A stretch of DNA of 64,000 nt from assembly GCA_029262735.1 (NCBI GenBank), contig JAJCYY010000013.1, forward strand, positions 4,108-68,107. The letters are read 5' to 3'. This DNA comes from Chloroflexota bacterium (GTDB lineage: Bacteria > Chloroflexota > Dehalococcoidia > Lucifugimonadales > Lucifugimonadaceae). Both the position numbers and the translations under genes were made by a program. The stretch's first letter is position 1; each line of letters starts with the position of its first letter. The notes beneath the pieces were generated by a model. It had not been told where the DNA came from. It did no database searches and worked only from the letters and a program-made list of their open reading frames with translations. This document shows, in pieces, positions 18,355-28,117 of this stretch.

Positions 18355-19368
18355 CTACTCCTGGTGGAGCGTTACCGATCGCATTGGAGGGGCGAACTGA
18401 TGCGGCTCCAGGTGTATGGCCTCTTTCTGATAGACCTGCACTCGATAAGAACCTGTATCTGCGATGAAAAGGTGGCCGTCCGAGTCGATCGCGATCGACC
18501 TTGGTTGGCGAAGGTATCTCTGGGGCTCTAAGACCGCCATGTCACGAATCCGGTTGGGACTGGCATTCGTCATCATGTATTCACGGCCGACCTTCGACAG
18601 AGTAGCCGCGCCCAGGAATTTTTCGACATACCGGGCTTCAGAATTGAACAGTTGGACACGATTGTTGCCCCGGTCACAGACATAGATGTCGCCGTCGGTA
18701 TCGACAGCTACGTCGGTTGGTCGATTGAACTCACCGTCGTCGGCGCCAGAACTCCCAAACTTCATGATGAACTCGCCGTCTCCGGTGAACTTCTGAACGC
18801 GGTCGTTCCTCCAGTCCGCAACGTAGACATCGCCCAGCTCGTCAACCGTGATGCCCCACGGCGAATCGAACTGTCCATCGCCTGTCCCCTTCTCGCCCCA
18901 GCTGAGAATGAACTGGCCATCGCTGGTGAGTTTTTGGACTCGATGATTTTGTGAGTCGACGACATAGATGTTCTCTTCGGAATCGAGCGCAAGCCCGGCC
19001 GGCCGATTGAGCTGGCCGTTGGCGGAACCTTGTTCCCCAAAAGAGCCCAGAAACTCTCCGTCGCTATTGAACGACGAGATTCTGTGAAGCGCTTCGTCCG
19101 AGACGAATAGATTCTCAGTTGAATCAGCGACGATGGAAACCGGCCACTGGAATTTTCCCTCTTCATCACCAAATCCACCGAAGTCGCCGCGGTCCTCATC
19201 ATCAAAGGTGTACTTCCTTACCAGTGCCGTACCCTCCTGGCGGCACAGAATGTACATCCTGCCTTCGGCACCGAGGGCGATGTCCACCGGGAAGTTGGTA
19301 AGACGGCGCATTCCCAGAGTTTTCAGGTACGGGAATCCCGCTCGTAGCAATCCATATGGTCTGGCCAT
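18355..19368 (-). CDS. NHL-repeat beta-propeller protein
   Basis: The product has six repeats of the ...DG.IYV.D..N.R.V.F... pattern. Confidence 0.75.
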   Translation of the reverse strand: MARPYGLLRAGFPYLKTLGMRRLTNFPVDIALGAEGRMYILCRQEGTALVRKYTFDDEDRGDFGGFGDEEGKFQWPVSIVADSTENLFVSDEALHRISSFNSDGEFLGSFGEQGSANGQLNRPAGLALDSEENIYVVDSQNHRVQKLTSDGQFILSWGEKGTGDGQFDSPWGITVDELGDVYVADWRNDRVQKFTGDGEFIMKFGSSGADDGEFNRPTDVAVDTDGDIYVCDRGNNRVQLFNSEARYVEKFLGAATLSKVGREYMMTNASPNRIRDMAVLEPQRYLRQPRSIAIDSDGHLFIADTGSYRVQVYQKEAIHLEPHQFAPPMRSVTLHQE

Positions 19369-19442
19369 CTAGTCGTCTCCACGAATGACAGATCTGGATT
19401 TTTTTCCAATCGCCATTTACTCGCTAAACTCAGCAACCCGAC

Positions 19443-20612
19443 TCACGCGCCACCGAACGGCTGCAACTGCTCGTACTTGCCATTGACAATATCAACCGAA
19501 TCCACACCCATCCATTGTTCGAGAAGCGTCGCATAGACACCACGGAAATCGATCGTGTGGGCCAGGTCTTCACCGTTGGCGAATGTAGTCGGATCTAGCG
19601 ATGGGTATTCGGCGTAGAGACCGCCTTCGACCTGGTCGCCGATGATGAACGCTCCTCCGCCAGAGCCGTGATCGGTGCCGCTGCCGTTGTCCTGGACCCT
19701 GCGGCCGAACTCGGTGAAAACGTACACGACAACCTCTTCAGAAGCGTTGTGTTCCCGCAGGTCGTCCATGAAGTCTCGCAGCGCGCAACTCAGTTCGTCG
19801 AGCAGTTTTTCGTGAGCAGGCATCTCAACGGCATGATGGTCATAGCCTGCGTGCTGCACATAGAAGATGCGCGTGCCAAGCCCGGCGATATGGGTTCGCG
19901 CTACATCGCGCAAACTCTTCGCAATGGCGTTGTCAGCGTACTCGACGGTTGACTCGTACTTGCCAGCCACGGTCTGAAGCTGACCTATCCCTGCCAGGAC
20001 ATCATCACCGGTTTGCTGCAGGTAGTTCATGGTCGCCCCGCTGCCGATGGCAGGCGTGTAAAAGCGCCGGAATATGTTGAGTTCTTCAGCGCGCTGCTCT
20101 TGAACCTCGACCGACGTCATAAGCCCGTAGCTGTCGAGATCGCCAACTGACGTCACTCTCACTCCCGGCGCAGCCATTGCGCGTGGGAGACCACGCCCGA
20201 AGCTGACTCCGGTCAGGACATTTTTTCCTTCCGGATCCAACTGCTTGATCGCCCGTGCCAGCCAGCCCTCGGTTGAAATCTTCAGCGGCTCTGCCGTGTG
20301 CATGATGTCCATCGCGCGAAAGTGCGATCGATTCGAATCTTCATAACCAATGCCCTGAACTACGGCCACGTCGCCTGTATCGAACATCTCTTTTAGTGGA
20401 CCGGCAGACGGATGGAACCCCAGTTCATCATTGATCGTCAAAACACGGTCTTCGGTGATCCGGACCGTCTTTCGAGAGTCGTAGTAAAGCCCGGACGTGT
20501 ACGGCACCAGCGTGTTCATGAAGTCGTTGCCGCCCGTCAACTGAACGACCACAAGGACCGGGGCTTTGCCCGTCATACCGTTCCCATTGATGTTCATGTG
20601 AGACATCTCCAT
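19443..20612 (-). CDS. DUF1501 domain protein (sulfatase-like fold)
   Basis: The product has a DUF1501-like sequence (FGRR..., HGSGG). It pairs with the adjacent DUF1800 gene, as is typical. Confidence 0.7.
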   Translation of the reverse strand: MEMSHMNINGNGMTGKAPVLVVVQLTGGNDFMNTLVPYTSGLYYDSRKTVRITEDRVLTINDELGFHPSAGPLKEMFDTGDVAVVQGIGYEDSNRSHFRAMDIMHTAEPLKISTEGWLARAIKQLDPEGKNVLTGVSFGRGLPRAMAAPGVRVTSVGDLDSYGLMTSVEVQEQRAEELNIFRRFYTPAIGSGATMNYLQQTGDDVLAGIGQLQTVAGKYESTVEYADNAIAKSLRDVARTHIAGLGTRIFYVQHAGYDHHAVEMPAHEKLLDELSCALRDFMDDLREHNASEEVVVYVFTEFGRRVQDNGSGTDHGSGGGAFIIGDQVEGGLYAEYPSLDPTTFANGEDLAHTIDFRGVYATLLEQWMGVDSVDIVNGKYEQLQPFGGA

Positions 20613-20629
20613 TGGTTGAATGGTCAGAG

Positions 20630-22015
20630 CTATGCGAACTGGAACTCTGGCGTTGTGACGATCAGGCGAATCATGCGGACGACCCTTGTCGCATCGTCGT
20701 CACCTTCAGAATCGGTGGCAAAGTTGACGAGCGCTTCGCGGGTTGATTCCTCAACCTCGATGGGTCCCATGACATCGAGCGTGTCCCGCACGAACGACTC
20801 CGGGTTCGAAAGAGAGTTTTGATCGATCAGCCGATTGATGACACGACGAATGCCCGGTGAATCGCCAGTGCCTATCTCACCAACGGCAAAGTTCACACGC
20901 TCGGTGAGGTTGCCGCCGTCAATCCATTCCTTCCCTGTGTGCCATCCCTCGACTGTCGGCGGGTCGAGTAGCTTTTGGCCCATGGCAACAGTGGTCGAAG
21001 AGACGTACTCGGCGAGTCCCGGTTTGTAGTCATCGTACTCACCGACCATCTTCAGTAATCCGACCACCAACTCAATTGGGCTCTTGACCTTTTTGAACCT
21101 TGCCTGTTTGAAAGAGTCAGAGTTGAACATGACCCGCAGCACCGGCGTGATTTCACCGTTTGAATCCAGGAACGCTTTCGCCATTTCGTTGATTAGTTCA
21201 GGATCGAGTGGCGGCAGGTCGTTCCATGTGGGAACCTGGGGTTCGTCGGCCACAAAGAAGTTGTATAGATGGCGGGAGATGAAGCGAGCACACGCGGGTT
21301 GTTTGACGATGATGTCAATGATGTCGCCGCCGTCCAGGTTTCCGGTGTGTCCCAGGAAGGTCTTCTCACCGTTGTCATGGTCTTCTTCGATATAGCGGAA
21401 TTGAGCCGGGTAGTAGCCATGTGGGTACAAAGGCGGAGGCTGGCCGAAGGTCCATCCAGTGAAGGCTCGAGCTGCGTTTTTTATGTCGATCTCGGTGTAG
21501 TTTCCGACGCCGAGCGAGAACAGCTCCAGAAGTTCTCTCCCGTAATTTTCGTTCGGTTCACCGATGTGGTTTTCGTTGTTGTCCAGCCAGAAAATCATGG
21601 CGGGATCGTGGGAGAGATCGAGAAGTATTGTGCGCATATCGGAAAGTCCGTTGCGCCTGAACATCTCGATCTGATTCGAGGACGACAGGATGTGCTCGTT
21701 CTTGACGAGTCCAGTGGCAAATACCTGGTGCCAGAAGAGTGCCATCTTCTCCTGCAACTGGCACCGAGAGTTGATCATCCGGTAAAGCCATATTGCCAGG
21801 TATGCATGCGGTGCCTCGCCGCCCATGTACCGCGTTAATTCATCGTCTGGAACTCCGGCATCAGCGGTGGGATTTAGCAGGAACTCAACAGTGTCTTCGT
21901 AGTCCTGGCCCGATAGCTGATCGATCTGCTCTCGTGCGGCGCCAAATCCTGTACGACGATACAGGTGTGCGAGCAGCGCAGGATCGGTTTTGGCCTCAAC
22001 CGAAGTCGTGCTCAT
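20630..22015 (-). CDS. DUF1800 domain protein
   Basis: The 461-aa product has a DUF1800-like N-terminus (LLAHLYRRTGFGAAREQI). It precedes the DUF1501 gene, the usual gene pair. Confidence 0.7.
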   Translation of the reverse strand: MSTTSVEAKTDPALLAHLYRRTGFGAAREQIDQLSGQDYEDTVEFLLNPTADAGVPDDELTRYMGGEAPHAYLAIWLYRMINSRCQLQEKMALFWHQVFATGLVKNEHILSSSNQIEMFRRNGLSDMRTILLDLSHDPAMIFWLDNNENHIGEPNENYGRELLELFSLGVGNYTEIDIKNAARAFTGWTFGQPPPLYPHGYYPAQFRYIEEDHDNGEKTFLGHTGNLDGGDIIDIIVKQPACARFISRHLYNFFVADEPQVPTWNDLPPLDPELINEMAKAFLDSNGEITPVLRVMFNSDSFKQARFKKVKSPIELVVGLLKMVGEYDDYKPGLAEYVSSTTVAMGQKLLDPPTVEGWHTGKEWIDGGNLTERVNFAVGEIGTGDSPGIRRVINRLIDQNSLSNPESFVRDTLDVMGPIEVEESTREALVNFATDSEGDDDATRVVRMIRLIVTTPEFQFA

Positions 22016-22249
22016 CTGTGTCTCCTATTGACTGATTCCTGGCCCCGCATACTAGCTGACGGCGAGTTTGGGAGTGGTGACAGGTCCAACCGCGGCCGCG
22101 TGCCTGTTTTGCCGCTGATTTACATCAGCCGCAACGGGCTCGTCAGAGGCAGTTTAACTCAGCGTTAAGACAACGACTGAAAGAAGGACAACGTCAGTCA
22201 GCTGATACACAGTGGAGTTTCCGATGTGGATGCCGGAGACCTACGCAAT

Positions 22250-22300
22250 TTCACCGGGGTGCGGAATCCACACACCTGTTAAGACACATGCTCCGAAGAG
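22250..22300 (-). repeat. degenerate copy of tRNA-Leu 3' region (old att remnant)
   Basis: The sequence GGGGTGCGGAATCCACACACCTGTTAAGACACATGCTCCGAAGAGG aligns to the anticodon-arm, variable-arm and T-arm portion of the tRNA-Leu at 42494-42579. Confidence 0.5.
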
Positions 22301-22552
22301 GTATAGCTACGATTCAGCAACATACACTCACATTCAATTCGGATTGAATTGCCTGGGCCGGCGAGCCCCAAAAGTGCGTCCAGGTTCGTGTAGGTTCAAC
22401 TCCGTTGCAGGCTCTCCCATTGCGCGGAGATATAGGATCCATGAACCGAGATCAAAGTGAACCACAACCCCGATACAAGACTCTCTAGAACCCGCCTCCG
22501 GCCCGGTCCGTTGCGCCGAATCCTCAGGCATTCACTGCCAGCTGGGCTCTCT

Positions 22553-24136
22553 TCACCTCAGGATTATTTCGCCAGTGGAATGTACTCGGGCGGCCCGTCG
22601 CCCCGGTGCCAAAACCGAAGGCGGGCCAGACACCACGCTGGTTCCGATCGCAGCTCCTGATCCGATTGACTCTCTATCAGCGTTGGCCTGCTCCAATGAT
22701 CGGCGTCTGACCTTGAACATCATCTCCTCTTCGGAGGCTATAGCCTCCGACTGTCGCAGCGCCTCAATCTTCAGATCGGACTCGTGCATGGCGTCTATCA
22801 GGTCTACAGCTCCCCGAGTGCTTGGCGCGTTCCGAACTGATTCACGCATTGTCTGCTGCAAGCTCTCTTCATCCCTAGCCGCAATTGCAGCCGACTCCCG
22901 CTTCGCACGCGCCTGCGCTTCGGCCTCACGGAGTTCTTGATCGCGCCTCTCTGCCCTGACGATTTCCTGTGCCTGCAGCAAGAACGGCGTCATCCCGTCG
23001 ACATCTTTTGCAAGTGCGATTTCGGATCGACGCTGAGCCTCACTAATAGGCTGCGCATCCAGCGTCTTTAAAATTGTTTCGCCCCTCGCCTGAAAATCCG
23101 CGGTGACAAACTCCGGCGGCCGCAGCTCAGATGGCAGCAGTTCGAACGATCGCCGCATTTCTGCTTCGATCGCGCTCGCACCGGCCTCGCGCTTGGCCTG
23201 GTCCGGGTCGACCACCGGAATTCCGAGATTCCGCAGGAAATCTCTTGCCCCTTCTTCAATGGCCTCAAATGCCCGGCGATGCCGCTCCTTTTCCTTGACC
23301 TGCGCTTCGGCTTCAAGTAAATCAGTGAACTCCTCAACCGCGTCCCGCCGCTCGCTTCTCCGCGCCGCGAAATCCGCACGCGCCAACTGAACCCTTAGAG
23401 ATCGATTGAACTCTTCCAGGCCGGTCAATCCGAAACCTCCCGGGCTGCCGATGGGACTGATACCACGCTGGCGGAACTGATCTCGGAGAAACAGATTGTC
23501 CTGCTCTGCAGGTGACAGATTCTCAAGCCCGGGATTGTTCATTGCGAACTCGGCGCGGGCCTCAGCCTCTTCCTGTGTAAGTGGACCTGCTTCGTCAAAA
23601 CCCAGGAACGTGGGAATATCGGGCATTGGCCCGATGAGTTCAACAGCCTTTTGCAGCAGCGGATCATCCAGGTCTTCTGCTCCTCCATTTATCAGCTCGT
23701 TGAGCCTTTCCGGATCACTGAGAAGCGCCGTCTCCCCTATACCGGCGAGGAGGCTGATTAAGTCTTCGCGGTTCCCCTGCAGAGCCATGTCCACCGCGAG
23801 GGGATTCAGTAAGGTCTGTGAGATTCCTCGTGTTGTAGCATCGTCGAAGATCTTGCCACCAAGAAGACCAGCGAGAGCCTCGACCAGTATCTGGGCTTCA
23901 GGTGATGCGCCCTGCTCGTCCGCTATACCACTGGCCGTACCCGCAACAATCTCTTGCGTTATCGTCCGGCTCAGACTGTCACTCCCGAACAACCGCTGTA
24001 TCGCCTTGCCACCGGGAATTCGGCTAGTAAATTTGAGTCCGAGAAGGAACGCGGGACCGCGACCCAGCGTAGGAACGCCGAGTGGAGAGGCTATGCTCTG
24101 CACCGCGTCCACAAATTCCCCTGTAGGCCCAGGCAA
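22553..24136 (-). CDS. hypothetical coiled-coil-rich protein (527 aa)
   Basis: The long ORF has coding-like composition and charged, E/R/A-rich coiled-coil segments. No recognisable domain was found. Confidence 0.5.
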   Translation of the reverse strand: MPGPTGEFVDAVQSIASPLGVPTLGRGPAFLLGLKFTSRIPGGKAIQRLFGSDSLSRTITQEIVAGTASGIADEQGASPEAQILVEALAGLLGGKIFDDATTRGISQTLLNPLAVDMALQGNREDLISLLAGIGETALLSDPERLNELINGGAEDLDDPLLQKAVELIGPMPDIPTFLGFDEAGPLTQEEAEARAEFAMNNPGLENLSPAEQDNLFLRDQFRQRGISPIGSPGGFGLTGLEEFNRSLRVQLARADFAARRSERRDAVEEFTDLLEAEAQVKEKERHRRAFEAIEEGARDFLRNLGIPVVDPDQAKREAGASAIEAEMRRSFELLPSELRPPEFVTADFQARGETILKTLDAQPISEAQRRSEIALAKDVDGMTPFLLQAQEIVRAERRDQELREAEAQARAKRESAAIAARDEESLQQTMRESVRNAPSTRGAVDLIDAMHESDLKIEALRQSEAIASEEEMMFKVRRRSLEQANADRESIGSGAAIGTSVVSGPPSVLAPGRRAARVHSTGEIILR

Positions 24137-24216
24137 GCTGTCTAGCTGGTCCCGGGTGAAGCCGATGAACGGTGTCGAGAGATTTTCGAGGATGCCACCA
24201 CCGGTGGGATCTGTTT

Positions 24217-24639
24217 TTAATGGCAGGTCTGGAAAAGTCTGCCTGTCCAGAAAGCGAAAAAAAGCCGGTGCCGTGTTTCTCGTCGTATCTCAGCCAGCGA
24301 CCTTGGATCACCTTCCCTTCTGGGGCCGACGAGCTGCGCCAACCTTCTTTCCAATGCCGCGCTCTGGTTCTGTCTGCGTTCCTCAGAACCAGGAACGCCG
24401 ACGGCAGAATCGAGAATGCCTGCCGAATTACCTCCTAAGCTGTCTATCAAAAAAGCGGCAAGGAGGTCCTTTCGTTTATCGGAAGAGACGGTTTCTACGC
24501 CGCGAAGGCTGAGAAAGAATTCCCCGATAAGCGGGTCTTCAGCCCGCAAAATATCCATGAACTCTACCTCGCCGCCTTCTTCCGGCGGGAAGGCCAACAG
24601 TTTTTCCGCCACCTCGTCAATTCTGTCTCTTGTTACCAT
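24217..24639 (-). CDS. hypothetical protein (140 aa), possibly the N-terminal part of the downstream 527-aa gene
   Basis: The ORF ends about 80 nt upstream of the 527-aa ORF on the same strand. Confidence 0.35.
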   Translation of the reverse strand: MVTRDRIDEVAEKLLAFPPEEGGEVEFMDILRAEDPLIGEFFLSLRGVETVSSDKRKDLLAAFLIDSLGGNSAGILDSAVGVPGSEERRQNQSAALERRLAQLVGPRREGDPRSLAEIRRETRHRLFFAFWTGRLFQTCH

Positions 24640-24741
24640 TTCTCACATCCTGATGGCTGCTGGCGTATTGCCGCTTTTTCCATATCTTTTCAACACATAC
24701 CTACACACTGGCCTACCGAAATCTCTTTCGAGGCTGTTTTA

Positions 24742-25108
24742 ATGAAATCCAGGTGGGAAATCGTTGGTTGGGTTCTGATTGTGATCGCCTTTTTTTGCAA
24801 TTTTGTGGACCCTGAACAGAGGCGGGGCGCCGCCGGGGATAGCCTTTGTTGTAGCCGGAATACTCACCGGGTTTCTGCTGGAAGGGATTGCGAGAGTGTT
24901 TCATCGCACCACGATCTTCCGCGTAGTGTTTCGGTATGAAGATGAAAAAGAGCCTGAAGAAGGTCCATCCAATCCCGGCATCACCCCTGATTCAGAAGAC
25001 CCGCGTAAGCTCATCCGAGGCGGCACCACAACAGGCATAAGAAGCGTCGACTCCCGTCGTGCCGATCTAAACTCCAATGACCCTCGTGACCATATAAACC
25101 GGCACTAG
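24742..25108 (+). pseudogene. frameshifted paralogue of the small membrane protein at 25299-25688
   Basis: The N-terminus (MKSRWEIVGWVLIVIAFF, ORF 24742-24939) and C-terminus (GITPDSEDPRK...RSVDSRRADLNSNDPRDHINRH, ORF 24803-25108) lie in different frames. The switch occurs in a GC-rich run near 24825-24840. Confidence 0.55.
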
Positions 25109-25298
25109 TATCCGAGTCAACGGGCAGCCTCAATTTCCTTCTCATATTCGTTTTCGGCTCCGCCCTCTCTTCATCTGACGTCAGTTCGGACACCAGCCGT
25201 TCTGCGATCTCGCTTTCTTCAACTCGCATATCTCAAATCCTGATCCCTAGTGCGTCGCCGTTTTTGAACTGATTCCGAACACATCTATGTAGACTGGC

Positions 25299-25688
25299 TT
25301 GATGCGACGATCTTCAAAAGCACGTTCAGTCAAAATTCGGTGGGAATTCGTTGGATCCATCCTGTTTTTCGGAACACTCACCGCTATTTGGTGGATCTTT
25401 GTCGACGGCGGAGTGGGGAGGATCATGGCTTTCTATAGCGCCGGATTGGTCACAACGCTACTGCTAGCGGGAGTGCTGTCCAAATTCAGTCACGTCAGAC
25501 TCGTCAGTAAAGTGTTTCCGCTCGATGAGGAAGAGCACCCCGACCCGGACCGTTCTGGCATCACGCCTGATTCAATTGATCCTCGGCAGCATATTCAAGG
25601 CGGAATAGCAACGGGCTTAAGAAGCATCGACTCCCGCCGCGCCGATCCAAACTCCAACGATCCTCGTGACTACATCAATCGGCTCTAA
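25299..25688 (+). CDS. small two-TM membrane protein with conserved C-terminal motif
   Basis: The 129-aa product has the C-terminus GITPDSIDPRQHIQGGIATGLRSIDSRRADPNSNDPRDYINRL, almost identical to the upstream paralogue. Confidence 0.55.
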   Translation: MMRRSSKARSVKIRWEFVGSILFFGTLTAIWWIFVDGGVGRIMAFYSAGLVTTLLLAGVLSKFSHVRLVSKVFPLDEEEHPDPDRSGITPDSIDPRQHIQGGIATGLRSIDSRRADPNSNDPRDYINRL

Positions 25689-26156
25689 AATCCAGGGCGC
25701 CGATCACAATTAAGAATCCTTCTCATAATCATTTCCGGCTCCTCTGTTTGTGTCCGTTCAAATGTGACTCCCTTTCGGGATGGCTAACATCGTCGTCTAG
25801 CTCACTCTCACACACACGCCTTTGCCTTTCGACGTTGCAGCCGGATGGGCTCGCCACCGCAAGCTCGTGCGTGGGGATTGTTGGGGCGCCGGATCACTCA
25901 AGACCGCAAACCCTCAAGCCTCTTCAGATTAAAAATACTGGGCATCGGGCACAACAGACATGTCAGGGAGAACAAAGGTGAGTATTGCCGTTGATGGGAG
26001 TCCGCAGGGATCTAACTCCTGGACTCGAAAAAAGTTCACTGGAGACGAGGTCGGGTCTCAAGTAACAGACACGTTCAAGCGTCGTGTCCAACGGTCACTA
26101 GACGCAAGTTTCGGAGCGGCAAATTAAGGTCTCGAAATGATCAACTCGAACGAAAC

Positions 26157-26212
26157 TGGTGGGGAAGGTGGGATTCGAACCCACACGTCTGTTAAGACAC
26201 ATGCTCCTAAGG
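26157..26212 (-). repeat. direct repeat: 3' 56 nt of tRNA-Leu(UAG) (att-like)
   Basis: The sequence TGGTGGGGAAGGTGGGATTCGAACCCACACGTCTGTTAAGACACATGCTCCTAAGG is near-identical to 42494-42549. Confidence 0.8.
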
Positions 26213-26335
26213 TATTTTCAACTGAGTGCTAGGCGTCCAGAACGACAATCCCAAGCGAAACAGCAATAATTATGTGGCCTAACTTCGGAGCGAAAATCGG
26301 CGGAGAGACAGCGCAGCCTGCTGGTGATACGCCCG

Positions 26336-27361
26336 CTACGCAGAGGCCGCTTGATAGAACTTCTTCGCGGCAAGGAACGCGCCGATGAACCCTTTGTTTC
26401 CTATGCCCCAACTGAAGGCACCTGACGCATCGACGGCGAGCAGTTGATTCGCCATACGCTCCGCCAGTGAATCGTACTCGGCAACAGATGCCCCGACATT
26501 TTCCCGAACCTCTGCTGGTGTCGTCGCGCCGATTTTCGCGGATCGTAGCACCTGGATCGATGCGTGGTTCGCAGCCTCCAGAATGCGATGGGGGAAGTCC
26601 GGGCTGTGTGGTAAAAGCGGGCTGATGGCGACCGAGACGAAGACGCCCTCGTCCTTCAGACGTCGCATGATTCGCAGTCGTCGGTCCGGAGTGATGCCGC
26701 CACGTTCGATCTTCCGTTGTTCAGGCAGAAGATCGGAGCTGATGCTGAAGCTGACACCGACACGCCCCTTCAGTCCTAGTGCAACAAGTCGCTCCAACAC
26801 CTGAGGGTCCTCAACCACTTTTGGTGAACGCGTCTGGCACATCAAGAACACGTTCGACTGGTCGAAGACCTCAAGGTTCTCACGAGTCGTCCGCAACGTT
26901 TCCGGCATTGACAAAAAAGGGTCTGTCTTGGGGCTCATGAACACAGATGCCCCCCCAAGCCCCTTTTTTGGACGTCCTGACGGATCGAGCAGCGCCTTTC
27001 GGAGTCTTGCCGTGATTTCCGGTTTGGGAAGAAGCCAGGATCCCCATTTCCTGAACCAGTAACCGTCTCTTCCACCCGGATAATGCCCTGTCATCAAGTC
27101 CGGCACGTAGCAGAAGCTGCAACTCTTGCCCCAGAGGCAACCAATCCACGGATCGAACGTGTAGATGTTCGCCGGCGCATCGGTCGCCTCGAACTCCGGG
27201 AACGCCCGCTCGCCCGAAAGTTGTCCCCAGAAACCTGACTTCTGGTGGTTGAGCACCACCTTCTGACCCGAAGGCAACAGATCATTTTCTGGGTGCGCCG
27301 GACCGCGGAGAATCGGCTCAAATGAACCGGATAACTGTAAGGGTAACTTGAGTTGCGGCAC
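26336..27361 (-). CDS. radical SAM protein, SplB/COG1533 (DNA repair photolyase-like) family
   Basis: The product has a GCLWGKSCSFCYV cysteine cluster (CX5CX2C variant) and a downstream SPKTDPF...PE motif resembling the TDPYQP.E motif of COG1533. It has a GTG start directly abutting the stop of the upstream ParB-like gene (TAAGTG). Confidence 0.6.
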   Translation of the reverse strand: MPQLKLPLQLSGSFEPILRGPAHPENDLLPSGQKVVLNHQKSGFWGQLSGERAFPEFEATDAPANIYTFDPWIGCLWGKSCSFCYVPDLMTGHYPGGRDGYWFRKWGSWLLPKPEITARLRKALLDPSGRPKKGLGGASVFMSPKTDPFLSMPETLRTTRENLEVFDQSNVFLMCQTRSPKVVEDPQVLERLVALGLKGRVGVSFSISSDLLPEQRKIERGGITPDRRLRIMRRLKDEGVFVSVAISPLLPHSPDFPHRILEAANHASIQVLRSAKIGATTPAEVRENVGASVAEYDSLAERMANQLLAVDASGAFSWGIGNKGFIGAFLAAKKFYQAASA

Positions 27362-28117
27362 TTAAGCATCCACACTGTCAGCCGATGATGGCGAGGGAGA
27401 TAACGAATCTCGATCTAGGTAATGCCTGGCAAGCGTCGCAAGAGCGCCGCCCCGGCGAGTCGTGTCGTTCGACCGATGCAAAGCGACATCGAGTGCGAGA
27501 TTCAGCACTCGGTACTCTTCGCTGTGCAGCATAAATCCCATCGAAACCGTTTCGTTCGGAGTTTCTGTCTCTTGTCGAACTTTCTCAGAAGTATCGAAGT
27601 TGGCGATCTCGAGCAGCCTCATGATCTGGCGTTCGCTGTCCGGCAACAGCTCGCAAAGCTCTTCGGTGGAACGCCCATCAAGCAGACCGCAGAGCAGCAC
27701 AGCTCGTCGTTCCGGAATGTCTTTCCCGGAGAGGCGGTTGATTGTAGCCAGGCAAAGCGCCGTTTCCCTATCGTTCAGATTCCAGACAATGCACTGAGCA
27801 GATTCTAGTTGGAGAGCCTGCAGGACCATTAACCGATTTCTTCCATCGATTACTTGGTACTGACCGCGTACTTTAGGGTAGGGACGCACGATGAGTGGTT
27901 CATGGTAACCGGTCAGCTCAATGATCCTCCTCAACTTTGTCAGTCTGTCGGCCGGCATATGATTCGGGCAGCCCACATGAGGAACTAAGCGTTCAAGATT
28001 GATTGAGCGTAGCCTCTCTCTTGAGCATCTTCTCAACCTCCACCAACTTGCCCGATCCCCAACACGCCAATTCTGACTAACGGCTTGCTCAAGAAGCTGG
28101 TACGAGCCTGCTTGCAT
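27362..28117 (-). CDS. ParB-like / DUF262-like nuclease-domain protein
   Basis: The product has the ParB N-terminal domain signature IVRPYPKVRGQYQVIDGRNRLMVLQAL. An alternative start at MPADRL (about 27958) is possible. Confidence 0.6.
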   Translation of the reverse strand: MQAGSYQLLEQAVSQNWRVGDRASWWRLRRCSRERLRSINLERLVPHVGCPNHMPADRLTKLRRIIELTGYHEPLIVRPYPKVRGQYQVIDGRNRLMVLQALQLESAQCIVWNLNDRETALCLATINRLSGKDIPERRAVLLCGLLDGRSTEELCELLPDSERQIMRLLEIANFDTSEKVRQETETPNETVSMGFMLHSEEYRVLNLALDVALHRSNDTTRRGGALATLARHYLDRDSLSPSPSSADSVDA

